Below are positions 55,713 to 64,000 of a stretch of DNA of 64,000 nucleotides, piece by piece (position 1 is the first letter of the stretch; every line of letters begins with the position of its first letter). The stretch is from an uncultured Candidatus Saccharibacteria bacterium. Its GTDB lineage: Bacteria > Patescibacteriota > Minisyncoccia > Phycocordibacterales > Phycocordibacteraceae. The position numbers and the translations under genes are program-made. Below the pieces are notes generated by a model. It had not been told where the DNA came from. It saw only the letters and a list, made by a program, of their open reading frames with translations, and did no database searches. The stretch covers positions 18,516 through 82,515 of the forward strand of contig CAYUQB010000002.1 in assembly GCA_964446735.1 (NCBI GenBank). Direction: 5' to 3'.

Positions 55713-56609
55713 ATGGGGCGAAACCATCGAAATATAAAACGTATGCCAAAAGCACAAAGCAAGGATGCAGCGCCTGCCGACGATAAGTCGAAAGCTGCAG
55801 GGGAATCTCAGCCAGCCGATAAGGGTGGCAAAAAAGATTCAGACAACCCTTCAAATGGTCAATCGATTGCACAGGTTGCAGGGGGTGAAAACTCCAAGTC
55901 TGACGATTCAAAAGACGGCAAGCCCAAAGAGGGTGATGAGAAGGACAGTCTCATAGTCGATCTTAAGAAAGAGAATCGTGAGATGAAAAAAATGATCAGA
56001 GACGAGGTCATTCCTACCATTCGCCAGCTCCAAGAGCAGGTCAAGAAAGGGGGTACATCGGCCGGGGACGCATTAGACGAACTCGACGAACTCGCCAAAG
56101 AGTGGGAGCTTGAGCCGAAATTTGTCCAGAAGCTCGCAAGCATTCTTCTCAACAAGTCCAAGAAGCAATTTGAGGACGAGTACCTTTCAGATATCAAGGA
56201 CATCAAGTCTAAGACGGAAGCTCAATCTAAAGAGATCTCAAATGCTCAGATCACAGCGGCAATCTCGAAAGAGTTTGATCGTGTAGTGGCTGATAATCCG
56301 GATCTTGCGAAAGTTGCCAAGAAAGAAGCTGTTAAGAAGTACATCATGTCGAGCGAGGAAAATCTTTCTCGCACCATGGAGGAAATTCTTGAAGAACTTT
56401 ACGGCGATACATCAAAAGATTCTAGCGGCATTGAGGGCTACAGCTCTCAGGGTGGCAATCATCCTAAGGAACCCGATTACAAGGCTCCAAGTGATGAGGA
56501 TCATAAGCGCATTGCAGAATCTCGAGAAAAGGGCGGACAGGAATTTGAGAAATATCAGGACGGCCTGATTGATCGCCTGACCCATCGTTCACGTCATCGC
56601 TCGAAGTAA
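55713..56609 (+). CDS. putative scaffolding protein
   Basis: 298 aa, extremely K/E/D-rich with predicted coiled coil (KKENREMKKMIRDEVIPTIRQLQEQVKK). Directly precedes the capsid gene. Start may be 55743. Confidence 0.4.
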   Translation: MGRNHRNIKRMPKAQSKDAAPADDKSKAAGESQPADKGGKKDSDNPSNGQSIAQVAGGENSKSDDSKDGKPKEGDEKDSLIVDLKKENREMKKMIRDEVIPTIRQLQEQVKKGGTSAGDALDELDELAKEWELEPKFVQKLASILLNKSKKQFEDEYLSDIKDIKSKTEAQSKEISNAQITAAISKEFDRVVADNPDLAKVAKKEAVKKYIMSSEENLSRTMEEILEELYGDTSKDSSGIEGYSSQGGNHPKEPDYKAPSDEDHKRIAESREKGGQEFEKYQDGLIDRLTHRSRHRSK

Positions 56610-56654
56610 TTGATCTCTGAGAGGGTAAATTTATTCACTTAACTTTATTCTCTC

Positions 56655-57857
56655 ATGTTAGCAGTATTCAAAGAGCAGTTCGACAATGCCTATCAGGCAG
56701 TGTTCGACAAGGTGCTTGTGGCAATGGAGATTGCCAATACACGCCTCGAGAAAAAGCTCGAGTATGGAGCATCTGTAAAGCGTGTGAAATATTCTCTCGC
56801 ACCGATTCGTGTGCGTAACATCACTATTGGTGTGAACCGAACCATTGACCAGCTCAATGACTCGGGTGAGACCCTTCTTGTAAACAAGAACAAGGGTGCC
56901 GACTTCCGCGTCTCGAAGAAAGAGATGATTCAGGCAGGCCCACTGAATCCAGCGGAAACTATTGGTGCTGAGGTGGCAAAGAAGCTATCTCGTTATATCG
57001 ATGCTGACGTATTTGCTCAGGTGAAAAATGCGCTCCAGACATTCGATACCGGAGATCTCACTACGATGAGTTCTAATGGAACCGCTATTACACTTTCGAC
57101 TACAAATGTCCCTCAGCTTTTGTCTCAGGGTCGTGCGAAGCTCCGAAAGGCAAATCAAGATCTCACCAGTCTTGCCTTGGTGTTGGATAGCTATGGTGGC
57201 TCGGTTATCGAGCAGTATGTCATGTCGAAGAATATCGACTTGGCGGCAGCTGCCTTCAAGAACGGTTATGCCGGTCCTGTGGGTGGTGCGGAGCTTTATC
57301 TCTCCGAGAACCTTCTCGCTGAAGCTGTGATTACGATGGCGTCTAACCCTTCAAACGGTCAGATCTTCTCGATCAATGGCTTTATCTACACCTTCGTAAC
57401 TTCGATTGGATCAACGCCGGGCAATGTGCTTATCGAGGCTGGTGTGGATGCAACCCGAGACAACCTGATTGATGCGATTCATCAGACTACCGGTACTGCC
57501 GGATCTAAGTACATCGCATGGACTGATACGGACCCTGGCTACGATCAGTCTAACTGGGTTGATCTTCAGCTTGCAGCTGTCGATAACGATGGTGCGGATA
57601 CTATCACCATTACTGGTACTGGCTCTGGTCGCCTTGTATTTGGCGGAAACGCTACTTACACGGTTACCAAGAATCTTGTTCACGCTTACTACGGTAAGAA
57701 GGGAGCAATCGATGTGGTCATTCAGGACCTTGCCGAGATGGAAATGGTTGATGACCCTTACCAGCGAGCAAAAATCATTCGAGCTGACGCTATCTACGGC
57801 ATCTTCACCTTTGCCGATGGAAAGCCACAGTTCCTTGATGTGCTTCTCCAGTCTTAA
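56655..57857 (+). CDS. putative major capsid protein
   Basis: 400 aa. Position after scaffold; followed by a strong hairpin. No sequence motif confirmation. Confidence 0.4.
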   Translation: MLAVFKEQFDNAYQAVFDKVLVAMEIANTRLEKKLEYGASVKRVKYSLAPIRVRNITIGVNRTIDQLNDSGETLLVNKNKGADFRVSKKEMIQAGPLNPAETIGAEVAKKLSRYIDADVFAQVKNALQTFDTGDLTTMSSNGTAITLSTTNVPQLLSQGRAKLRKANQDLTSLALVLDSYGGSVIEQYVMSKNIDLAAAAFKNGYAGPVGGAELYLSENLLAEAVITMASNPSNGQIFSINGFIYTFVTSIGSTPGNVLIEAGVDATRDNLIDAIHQTTGTAGSKYIAWTDTDPGYDQSNWVDLQLAAVDNDGADTITITGTGSGRLVFGGNATYTVTKNLVHAYYGKKGAIDVVIQDLAEMEMVDDPYQRAKIIRADAIYGIFTFADGKPQFLDVLLQS

Positions 57858-57889
57858 AGACTGCACTGGCCTCAGCGTTGCTGGGGCTT

Positions 57890-57925
57890 AGTGCTAGAGG
57901 CAGAGCTAATTCTGCTTCTAGCACT
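57890..57925 (+). terminator. strong hairpin downstream of capsid gene
   Basis: AGTGCTAGAGGCAG-AGCTAATT-CTGCTTCTAGCACT, 14-bp stem with one mismatch. Confidence 0.45.
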
Positions 57926-57945
57926 GAGACAAACAGAAAATCATC

Positions 57946-58575
57946 ATGGCTACACCACTTACAGGACAACAAATCATAGATCGATTCGAGTTTTATACCG
58001 ATGACACCACGGATCTTTCTAGTGATGAAGAATTGATACTCGCAAATGATAAGGTCCGTTTGATTTTCATGGAGCAGCCATGGGAGTTTCTACGCAGGAA
58101 AAAGAATGGAGTAGTTGAAAGCGATGGAAAAATAACTTTGCCGACTGATTTTGATGAATTGATGGAGAACTATAGCGATGATCCAACTATTGGAGAGCCG
58201 ATCACGAAAGTTATTTATGTCGGTGGTCAAAAGTCTCCATATTTGGTGGTCCCGATGGGTCAGAGAAATGCAAATAATTTCAGCAATGTGTGCTGGATTG
58301 ATCCTGCTGATGGAAAAATAAACTTTCTGCAAAATCCGGGTACTGGTGCTGCTTATGAATTCGACTACAAGACCAGCCCCGATGACATTGCCGTTGGTAC
58401 ATCTCCAAAACTTCCTGCTGAGTACCATCCAATGATCGTGTTTGCGATGCTCATTGATGAGGAGATCATCAAAAAGTCTGAAAAGGCTCGTAGCAATATG
58501 CAAGAAAACTTTGCTCAATTTCAGCGTTATATGAAAAATCTTAAATTGCGTGATGCACGATTTAAACTCGCATAA
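57946..58575 (+). CDS. hypothetical phage structural protein
   Basis: 209-aa ORF in structural module. Confidence 0.3.
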   Translation: MATPLTGQQIIDRFEFYTDDTTDLSSDEELILANDKVRLIFMEQPWEFLRRKKNGVVESDGKITLPTDFDELMENYSDDPTIGEPITKVIYVGGQKSPYLVVPMGQRNANNFSNVCWIDPADGKINFLQNPGTGAAYEFDYKTSPDDIAVGTSPKLPAEYHPMIVFAMLIDEEIIKKSEKARSNMQENFAQFQRYMKNLKLRDARFKLA

Positions 58576-58578
58576 TTT

Positions 58579-60480
58579 ATGGCAGATCATGAGATTAAAA
58601 AATATGGATCGGGAGTACATAATCGAGAGGATAATGAGGATACACCGAAAGATAGTGCAAAAGATTCACTCAACTGGGTAACGATTGATGGAAAGATTGA
58701 ACTTGCCCGAGGAAAAGTAACCGTGGGATCTGAAGGAGCGGCCGGTGCCTGTCCGGCTATTCATGTTGGATACAAAGCAAACGGTACAGGAATTCTTTGG
58801 CGAAAAGTTGCAACAGCTATCCAGTATTTTAATGGCCTGACGTGGGTAAATGTTGTTACCGGTCTCAATCCAAATGATATTTATGTGTTTACAAACTACA
58901 GCTCTCTTACCGGAGCTTGGACTTTTGCCGGTGGTCCGGGTGGCTTATTTAAGTTCGCTAACGCCAATCCAAATGATTTTATTCAGCTCTATACAACAAC
59001 AGATTTCTTCTGTGGTTTTCCTTTGATCGATAAAGCAAGAATGTATTTATGGGGGATTGCAAAAGATCCTACAAGTCTTTATCGAAGCTTTGTTGATGTT
59101 CAAAGAGATGGTGTCAGCTTTACTCAAATCTCAAATGAAAGTTTGGCTAGCGGAAATGGATCGCAAACATTATTTTCAGGTGTTTTGGCTTTTAAATCTG
59201 GCCAACCAAAAAGAAATTGTGGTTTGGTAACAGTCAAATGCACAGATGGCGGTGGTGAAATATTTACTGATGATAAAAATGGAAATCTTAAAAGCACTGC
59301 CGGTGGAGTTGGAACGATAAATTATATTACTGGTGCGTGGAGCGTTACTTTTGTTACGGTTCCATCAAACTCTGCTGGAAATATCAAAGCGGATTATGTT
59401 TGGGAAAATAGCACAAGCAAAGGAGTAGCAGATTTTACTTATAGTTCATCTCGTCTCGCAGGTGAAGGAGATGTGATTAGACAAGATGAAGGTGGCGATG
59501 CTATTCAACAGCTCGTAATTGGTATCGATGGCAATTACTATTCGCTTAAAAAACAAAGTGCATATCAACATAAATACACTGATGACGATAAAACTTTCAA
59601 TAACCAAGTTGTCAGAAGAAATATCGGTGTTCTTACTCGAAGAAGTGCCGTAACTACCGGCCGAGGAGTGGTCTTTATTAATACTGCCAATCCTGATCGA
59701 CCTCAACTCACAGTTCTTGAGAAAAATCCTCTCGGTGATGACATTCTTGCAACTGAGCTTATTCCACATTTTGCATGGGAGAAATTTGATTACTCGGATA
59801 CGTTCATGGAAACCTACGGGCAATTTATTGTCATGACGTGTCGTTCTCAAGGAAGCATTGTAAATGATCGGATGCTTGTCATCGATATTGTAAAAAATAC
59901 TGTCGATCTCACTAATTACGGAATGAAATCATTAGTTAAAGATTCGGGGATTCTTTATGGTGGCAGTCCGCATACTCAGACTGTCTACAAAATATTAAAT
60001 GGATTTGATGATGATGGTTATGTGGTTCAAAACAGTTGGGATAGTAAATACGAAACTTACGGTGTTCGTCGGCTCAAGAAATATCGTCGCCTGAGATATC
60101 GAGGCGAAATTGATCCAGCTCAATATGTGGAAATCTACGCAGATTTTGATGGATCTGGATATTCCTTAGTAGGCACAATTCGAGGCGATGCTACTTATGT
60201 GAATCGGTCTAGTCCTTCAAGCGTTGGAACAACAATGATAGGTGAAGCGGCTGTTGGAGGCGATGGATCAGCTCAAGTGTATCCCTACGAGCTGCAGATT
60301 AAGGCGATGAAAATTCCTAAATTCCGTAGACGAAGTATCCGATTTATCGCAAAAGGAATCGGATATGTGAGTGTCATGGAATCGGTCGATTGGGATATTT
60401 TGACCTTTGAGGACAAATTACCAAAGGTCTACCGCCAAAAACAGCATGTAAGTCTTGATGGCAAAAGCACAAACCAGTAA
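58579..60480 (+). CDS. hypothetical phage structural protein (633 aa)
   Basis: ORF, context. Confidence 0.3.
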   Translation: MADHEIKKYGSGVHNREDNEDTPKDSAKDSLNWVTIDGKIELARGKVTVGSEGAAGACPAIHVGYKANGTGILWRKVATAIQYFNGLTWVNVVTGLNPNDIYVFTNYSSLTGAWTFAGGPGGLFKFANANPNDFIQLYTTTDFFCGFPLIDKARMYLWGIAKDPTSLYRSFVDVQRDGVSFTQISNESLASGNGSQTLFSGVLAFKSGQPKRNCGLVTVKCTDGGGEIFTDDKNGNLKSTAGGVGTINYITGAWSVTFVTVPSNSAGNIKADYVWENSTSKGVADFTYSSSRLAGEGDVIRQDEGGDAIQQLVIGIDGNYYSLKKQSAYQHKYTDDDKTFNNQVVRRNIGVLTRRSAVTTGRGVVFINTANPDRPQLTVLEKNPLGDDILATELIPHFAWEKFDYSDTFMETYGQFIVMTCRSQGSIVNDRMLVIDIVKNTVDLTNYGMKSLVKDSGILYGGSPHTQTVYKILNGFDDDGYVVQNSWDSKYETYGVRRLKKYRRLRYRGEIDPAQYVEIYADFDGSGYSLVGTIRGDATYVNRSSPSSVGTTMIGEAAVGGDGSAQVYPYELQIKAMKIPKFRRRSIRFIAKGIGYVSVMESVDWDILTFEDKLPKVYRQKQHVSLDGKSTNQ

Positions 60481-60501
60481 TGCACTAAATTTTGCACTTT
60501 T
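60476..60501 (+). repeat. phage intergenic motif, copy 3 (before tail-fibre gene)
   Basis: AGTAATGCACTAAATTTTGCACTTTT. Confidence 0.55.
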
Positions 60502-60520
60502 AGGCACTCATACTTAAACT

Positions 60521-61294
60521 ATGGCCTCTAAACTCACTAAAGTAGTCGCAAATTTTGAGACATCACTTGCAACCAAACTTGCGAATGGGGCCGTTTCAGG
60601 TGCCTTAACGAGTGTTACCGACAAGAATAGTGTGGTTTTACCAGCAGGTAAATACTGCATGATCGTGGATCGAGGCACCGGTGATGAGGAGCATCTTGTA
60701 TTCGATCTTTCCGGTACTGCCATAAGCAACATTTTTAGTGTCTCAAGACAGGGGGTACAAACCGCCGGAGTTCAGAATATTAACGGCCATAGAGCTGGCT
60801 CAAAATGCTATCTTACTGATTTTGTAAATCTCAAAATCATAGTCGATATCCTTAATGGAGATGACACCTTGGATTCAACCAAGCCCGTAAAATATGATGC
60901 GGATCCAACTTTTAATGATTCAAAGCAGGTTGTGTCAAAAGGATATGTAGATACTAATCTTGCTGGTAAGGCATCCACTAACGGAAATAATACTTTCACT
61001 GGAAACAACAATTTCATAAATTCTCCAAATATCCCTAATGCGGTAAGTGCATCACAACCGGTAACACTTTCGCAGCTTATGGCTGCTGCACTTACTGGTA
61101 TTCAGGCTGGTCTTGAATATGTAGATGTCGCCTTGAATGGCGACGGCAGTGTGAGATCACTTCATGACAATGTGAACGGCAAGACATTTGTATTCGAGTA
61201 TGACGATAACCGGTTACTCAGAAGTATCTATGACGGCGTAAAGAAATGGTCAATTCGTGATGTTCACGAAAGGATCGCAAGCATTATCCATTAA
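60521..61294 (+). CDS. tail fibre-like protein
   Basis: Contains the phage tail-fibre/collar motif ...NAVSASQPVTLSQL and NTFTGNNNF Asn-rich segment. Confidence 0.45.
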   Translation: MASKLTKVVANFETSLATKLANGAVSGALTSVTDKNSVVLPAGKYCMIVDRGTGDEEHLVFDLSGTAISNIFSVSRQGVQTAGVQNINGHRAGSKCYLTDFVNLKIIVDILNGDDTLDSTKPVKYDADPTFNDSKQVVSKGYVDTNLAGKASTNGNNTFTGNNNFINSPNIPNAVSASQPVTLSQLMAAALTGIQAGLEYVDVALNGDGSVRSLHDNVNGKTFVFEYDDNRLLRSIYDGVKKWSIRDVHERIASIIH

Positions 61295-61308
61295 TTTAAT
61301 TTTTTACC

Positions 61309-63390
61309 ATGATTAATTTACAAGTAGATCGAAGGTTAGATAAAACAACAGTAGTTAAGGGGCAACAGATATCACCCTTTCCCAAATTTATCGAATGGGA
61401 CAAATCGGGCATTGCACAATGGCCAGCAGTAAAGGCACAAGGAAAACTGACTTTGCAGAACCAGCCGTCAGTTGGTGAGACGATCACGCTTGGTACAAAA
61501 ACATATTCTTTCGTGGCAAGTCTTGTTACCAATACAGACGGTCAGATTGTTATTGGTGCAACTGTGGCAGCTACTCGTGCAAATATCATGGCAGCTGTAA
61601 ATCTCTCAGGTCTTCCGGGAAGCCAGTACGCTTCGGCAACATCTCTAAATGGTGATGTGGAAGCAACATCTACATCTGGAAATGACATTTTCTTTACCGC
61701 AAAAATTGGTGGAACAGCCGGAAATTCAATCGCTTCAACATCTACCCTTGTTGCCCCTAACACCTTTGATGCGGCAACTCTTGGTACTTATAGAGCAGGG
61801 GCAGCCGCAAGTGATGCTGATTCAGTCCTCATGCCGTCTTATCGAGGAACTTTCAACACATCAACTGCTCAGCAATATGCGAACCGAGAATTATTTTATA
61901 TCGGTAAATCATCTTGGGATGGTGATGAAGATAGGGCATTTGGAATTCAGAATGAACTCCTCAGACAATTCCCATATCATGAATATCAGATTGGAGCCGG
62001 TGCAACACGAAAAATGTACGCTTTCAATTTTCTCGAGCGTAGAGTGAAAAGTGTCAAAACACTTACTCTCTACACAAAACTTCGTGATATTGAAGCTCAA
62101 ACACTCTCATCTCCTTTTGCGAAAAGCACAAACAATCGTGTTTTCAAAACGATTGAACTGGACTCAACGAGATTCATAACTTTTTATCGCCAACAAGCAG
62201 GAACAACCGGCATCTATGCTGTAGTGGGAAGCACCAATGCAAACGGCACAATCACTTGGGGTGCGCCCTTGCTCATGCAGGTACGAGATATGTATAACGA
62301 GAACTTTGACGCTGTTCTCATTAATACAGACAAGGTCCTTATTGCGATTGAACAAGGAGGATCAAACTTTATTAACACGGCAGTAGTAACGATCTCTGGC
62401 ACAGGCCTCGCTCTCAATACGCCGGTCCAAGTTGTTGCCGTTGCTTCTAGTTATAAGCAACTGGTTAAAGTCGGAACTGACAAAGCAATCCTTGCTTTTG
62501 AAAACGGTTCAGCGATTAATCTCTACTGCGTTTCAGTATCGGGTACTGTGCCTTCATATGGAACTCTTGCAAGCATTGCCTCAACATCAAAGCCGTTATT
62601 GGCACCTAATGGCACTGATAAATGCCAGATTGCTTATATAGGTTCAGGTGGATGGTATTCAGCAGTCGTTACCACATCCGGCACGACTATTACGGTGCAA
62701 GCTGGATTACAGATTAGTTACGATACAAATTACTCATATCGATACAACTATCTCTTTCCACTCACAACCGACACTTTTGTTTATTGGAGCCATTGGGGTG
62801 CAGTCCAATATCAAGGTCGTGATCGCATTCGAGCGGGACTAATTACTGTCTCAGGTACAAATACAACTCTTGCTAGCAGCTCCTATGTCCCTTCCGGATG
62901 GTGGGGAGATCGTCTGATGTATCCAAAACCTATTGATGCAACCAGCTTCTATGTTTATTGCTATGAAAGTAATCGTATTACTGGTGCAAAAGTTACTTTG
63001 ACTGGTACTACATTTAATTTTCCAACCATGACATATAAGGGTTTTGGATGGAATGAGAATCAAGGCGAACAAGCAATTTATAAACGACAACAATATGATA
63101 ACTTTCCTCAAATTGGTGATCCTGTTAGTTGCAGTGGCAATATGTTTTTTATTACCACTGATAACTATGTGAACGGTGCAATTGCTGTATTCAGTGATAA
63201 ACCGTTTAGTTTTGATTTGTATAGCGGTGATGATCTTGTCGGGACCTTCACGAAAAACGATCTTGGCTTCATGCAAAAAATTGCTGTCGATGTTCCGATC
63301 AACAAGGAGGAATTTGGATTGAAAATGAAAAGTAATGATAGTGTCCAGCGTTTTGCTCAGATAGATCACATGTATCTAGTAATCGACTAA
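61309..63390 (+). CDS. large phage structural protein (693 aa); putative tail spike / receptor-binding protein
   Basis: Position between fibre gene and lysin; Thr/Ser/Gly-rich beta-type composition. Confidence 0.3.
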   Translation: MINLQVDRRLDKTTVVKGQQISPFPKFIEWDKSGIAQWPAVKAQGKLTLQNQPSVGETITLGTKTYSFVASLVTNTDGQIVIGATVAATRANIMAAVNLSGLPGSQYASATSLNGDVEATSTSGNDIFFTAKIGGTAGNSIASTSTLVAPNTFDAATLGTYRAGAAASDADSVLMPSYRGTFNTSTAQQYANRELFYIGKSSWDGDEDRAFGIQNELLRQFPYHEYQIGAGATRKMYAFNFLERRVKSVKTLTLYTKLRDIEAQTLSSPFAKSTNNRVFKTIELDSTRFITFYRQQAGTTGIYAVVGSTNANGTITWGAPLLMQVRDMYNENFDAVLINTDKVLIAIEQGGSNFINTAVVTISGTGLALNTPVQVVAVASSYKQLVKVGTDKAILAFENGSAINLYCVSVSGTVPSYGTLASIASTSKPLLAPNGTDKCQIAYIGSGGWYSAVVTTSGTTITVQAGLQISYDTNYSYRYNYLFPLTTDTFVYWSHWGAVQYQGRDRIRAGLITVSGTNTTLASSSYVPSGWWGDRLMYPKPIDATSFYVYCYESNRITGAKVTLTGTTFNFPTMTYKGFGWNENQGEQAIYKRQQYDNFPQIGDPVSCSGNMFFITTDNYVNGAIAVFSDKPFSFDLYSGDDLVGTFTKNDLGFMQKIAVDVPINKEEFGLKMKSNDSVQRFAQIDHMYLVID

Positions 63391-63396
63391 AAATTA

Positions 63397-64000
63397 ATGG
63401 CATCTTACACGATACAATATGGCGATACTTTAAGTGGAATTGCCTCAAGAACCGGCAAGAGTATTCAGGAGTTGATGCGCCTGAATCCTTCCATCACTGA
63501 TCCGAACAAAATATATGCCGGACGAAGTTTGAATTTGGGTGATTCTGCACCAGCAACTGCTGTACCAGCTCCTGCTTCTACTCCGGCAAAGCAGACCATT
63601 GCTCAAGTTGCCAAAGTATCAGTGCCTAACTATGTCGAGGATCCGACAACTACTCAGATTGGCAGTTCATATAAAAGTCAGGCTACTAACACAGTAAACG
63701 AGGAAGCAATAAGAGCTGCTACTCGTTCAAGAATTCAGGGGCAGATTGATGCTATCAATGCGGCTGTTCAGGATCAGATAGTTAATTTTAGAAATACGAC
63801 TGGAAAAAATCGCCTCGGTCAAAGTTATGCTCTGGCTGCTGCTGGTGGCCGTATTGGAAGTCCTACAGGCGAAGCAGAATTTAGAACTACTGAGGACTAT
63901 AACAACCAAGAGGAGCAGACTTATAGAAATGAGGCCAATGTGAAAATCTCACAGCTTCTTGGTGCTGCTACTCGTGATGCTGATGCTGAGATTAAGGCAA
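63397..64000 (+). CDS. LysM domain-containing protein, probable endolysin; 3' end beyond window
   Basis: N-terminus YTIQYGDTLSGIASRTGKSIQELMRLNPSITDPNKIYAGRSLNL is a canonical LysM motif. Confidence 0.6.
   Translation, partial: MASYTIQYGDTLSGIASRTGKSIQELMRLNPSITDPNKIYAGRSLNLGDSAPATAVPAPASTPAKQTIAQVAKVSVPNYVEDPTTTQIGSSYKSQATNTVNEEAIRAATRSRIQGQIDAINAAVQDQIVNFRNTTGKNRLGQSYALAAAGGRIGSPTGEAEFRTTEDYNNQEEQTYRNEANVKISQLLGAATRDADAEIKA

Larger units (their letters stand above)
45600..64000 (+). mobile_element. phage/prophage region continuing beyond the window: replication module, ParB-MTase, packaging and head-tail structural genes, lysin. Left edge approximate.
   Basis: Abrupt drop in GC (about 57% to about 42% by eye) at about 45.6 kb. 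All 19 genes on + strand. Canonical order TerS-TerL-portal-scaffold-capsid-tail fibre-lysin. No integrase, tRNA or att repeat recognised inside the window. Confidence 0.7.

Noticed and set aside
1-64000. CRISPR arrays or tRNA genes (looked particularly at 45.57-45.68 kb and 27.69-28.40 kb as potential att/tRNA sites)
   Set aside because: No regularly spaced short direct repeats and no cloverleaf-compatible sequence with a conserved TpsiC/GTTC-type arm was recognised by eye. A tRNA scan would be needed to be definitive.

Overview
All calls here come from reading the sequence and recognising motifs from memory; no database search was run.

The window appears to be a bacterial chromosome segment at about 55-58% GC, carrying a phage-like island of about 42% GC from roughly 45.6 kb to the window end. 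Stop codon TGA is used normally. The giant repeat protein and the gene content would fit a CPR/Patescibacteria-type organism, but I do not commit to a taxon. Four blocks can be distinguished.

- **Block 1 (1-21.5 kb), surface-glycan biosynthesis island.**
  - It begins with a nucleotide-sugar epimerase C-terminus and contains two GT4 and one GT2 glycosyltransferase.
  - It carries five SAM-dependent methyltransferases (one FkbM-type), a CE4 polysaccharide deacetylase and a P-loop protein of unknown function.
  - It encodes a bifunctional ATP-sulfurylase/APS-kinase (PAPS synthase) and a PAPS-type sulfotransferase.
  - It also encodes a PhyH-like dioxygenase, two GT-B-like proteins with an R(P/F)HP motif, a HAD phosphatase and a NeuB-family nonulosonic-acid synthase.
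  - It ends with a Wzx-like flippase, an O-antigen-ligase/TPR membrane protein and murB.
- **Block 2 (21.5-27.7 kb), housekeeping genes.** An AT-rich leader and a 37-aa lysine-rich histone-like micro-ORF with a strong terminator are followed by secA, obg, gatB and a small HTH-TM membrane protein.
- **Block 3 (28.4-44.6 kb), giant surface protein.** A 14.8-kb ORF encodes a 4,937-aa protein with this architecture:
  - an N-terminal excisionase-like HTH module and one TM helix;
  - a roughly 4,300-aa Gly/Thr/Ser-rich repeat fibre with about seven ~330-aa modules, YadA/phage-fibre-like NTAxG repeats and perfect 116-152-bp DNA repeats;
  - a C-terminal peptidase-S74 autoproteolytic chaperone domain followed by a DUF5011/Ig-like domain and a (PEPT)n tail.
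  It is followed by a secreted triple-repeat protein and gap.
- **Block 4 (45.6-64 kb), one-strand phage module.** The genes run in the order SymE/AbrB-like small protein, AAA_24 ATPase, replication HTH protein, ParB-N6/N4 DNA methyltransferase fusion, TerS, TerL, portal, DUF1508, scaffold-like, major capsid, structural proteins, tail fibre, large putative receptor-binding protein and LysM lysin (truncated by the window end). It also carries a thrice-repeated AGTAATGCA-N8-TGCAYTTTT intergenic motif.

The most unusual element is the giant HTH-TM-fibre-S74 protein together with its tandem short paralog; after that, the sulfated and methylated nonulosonate glycan locus.
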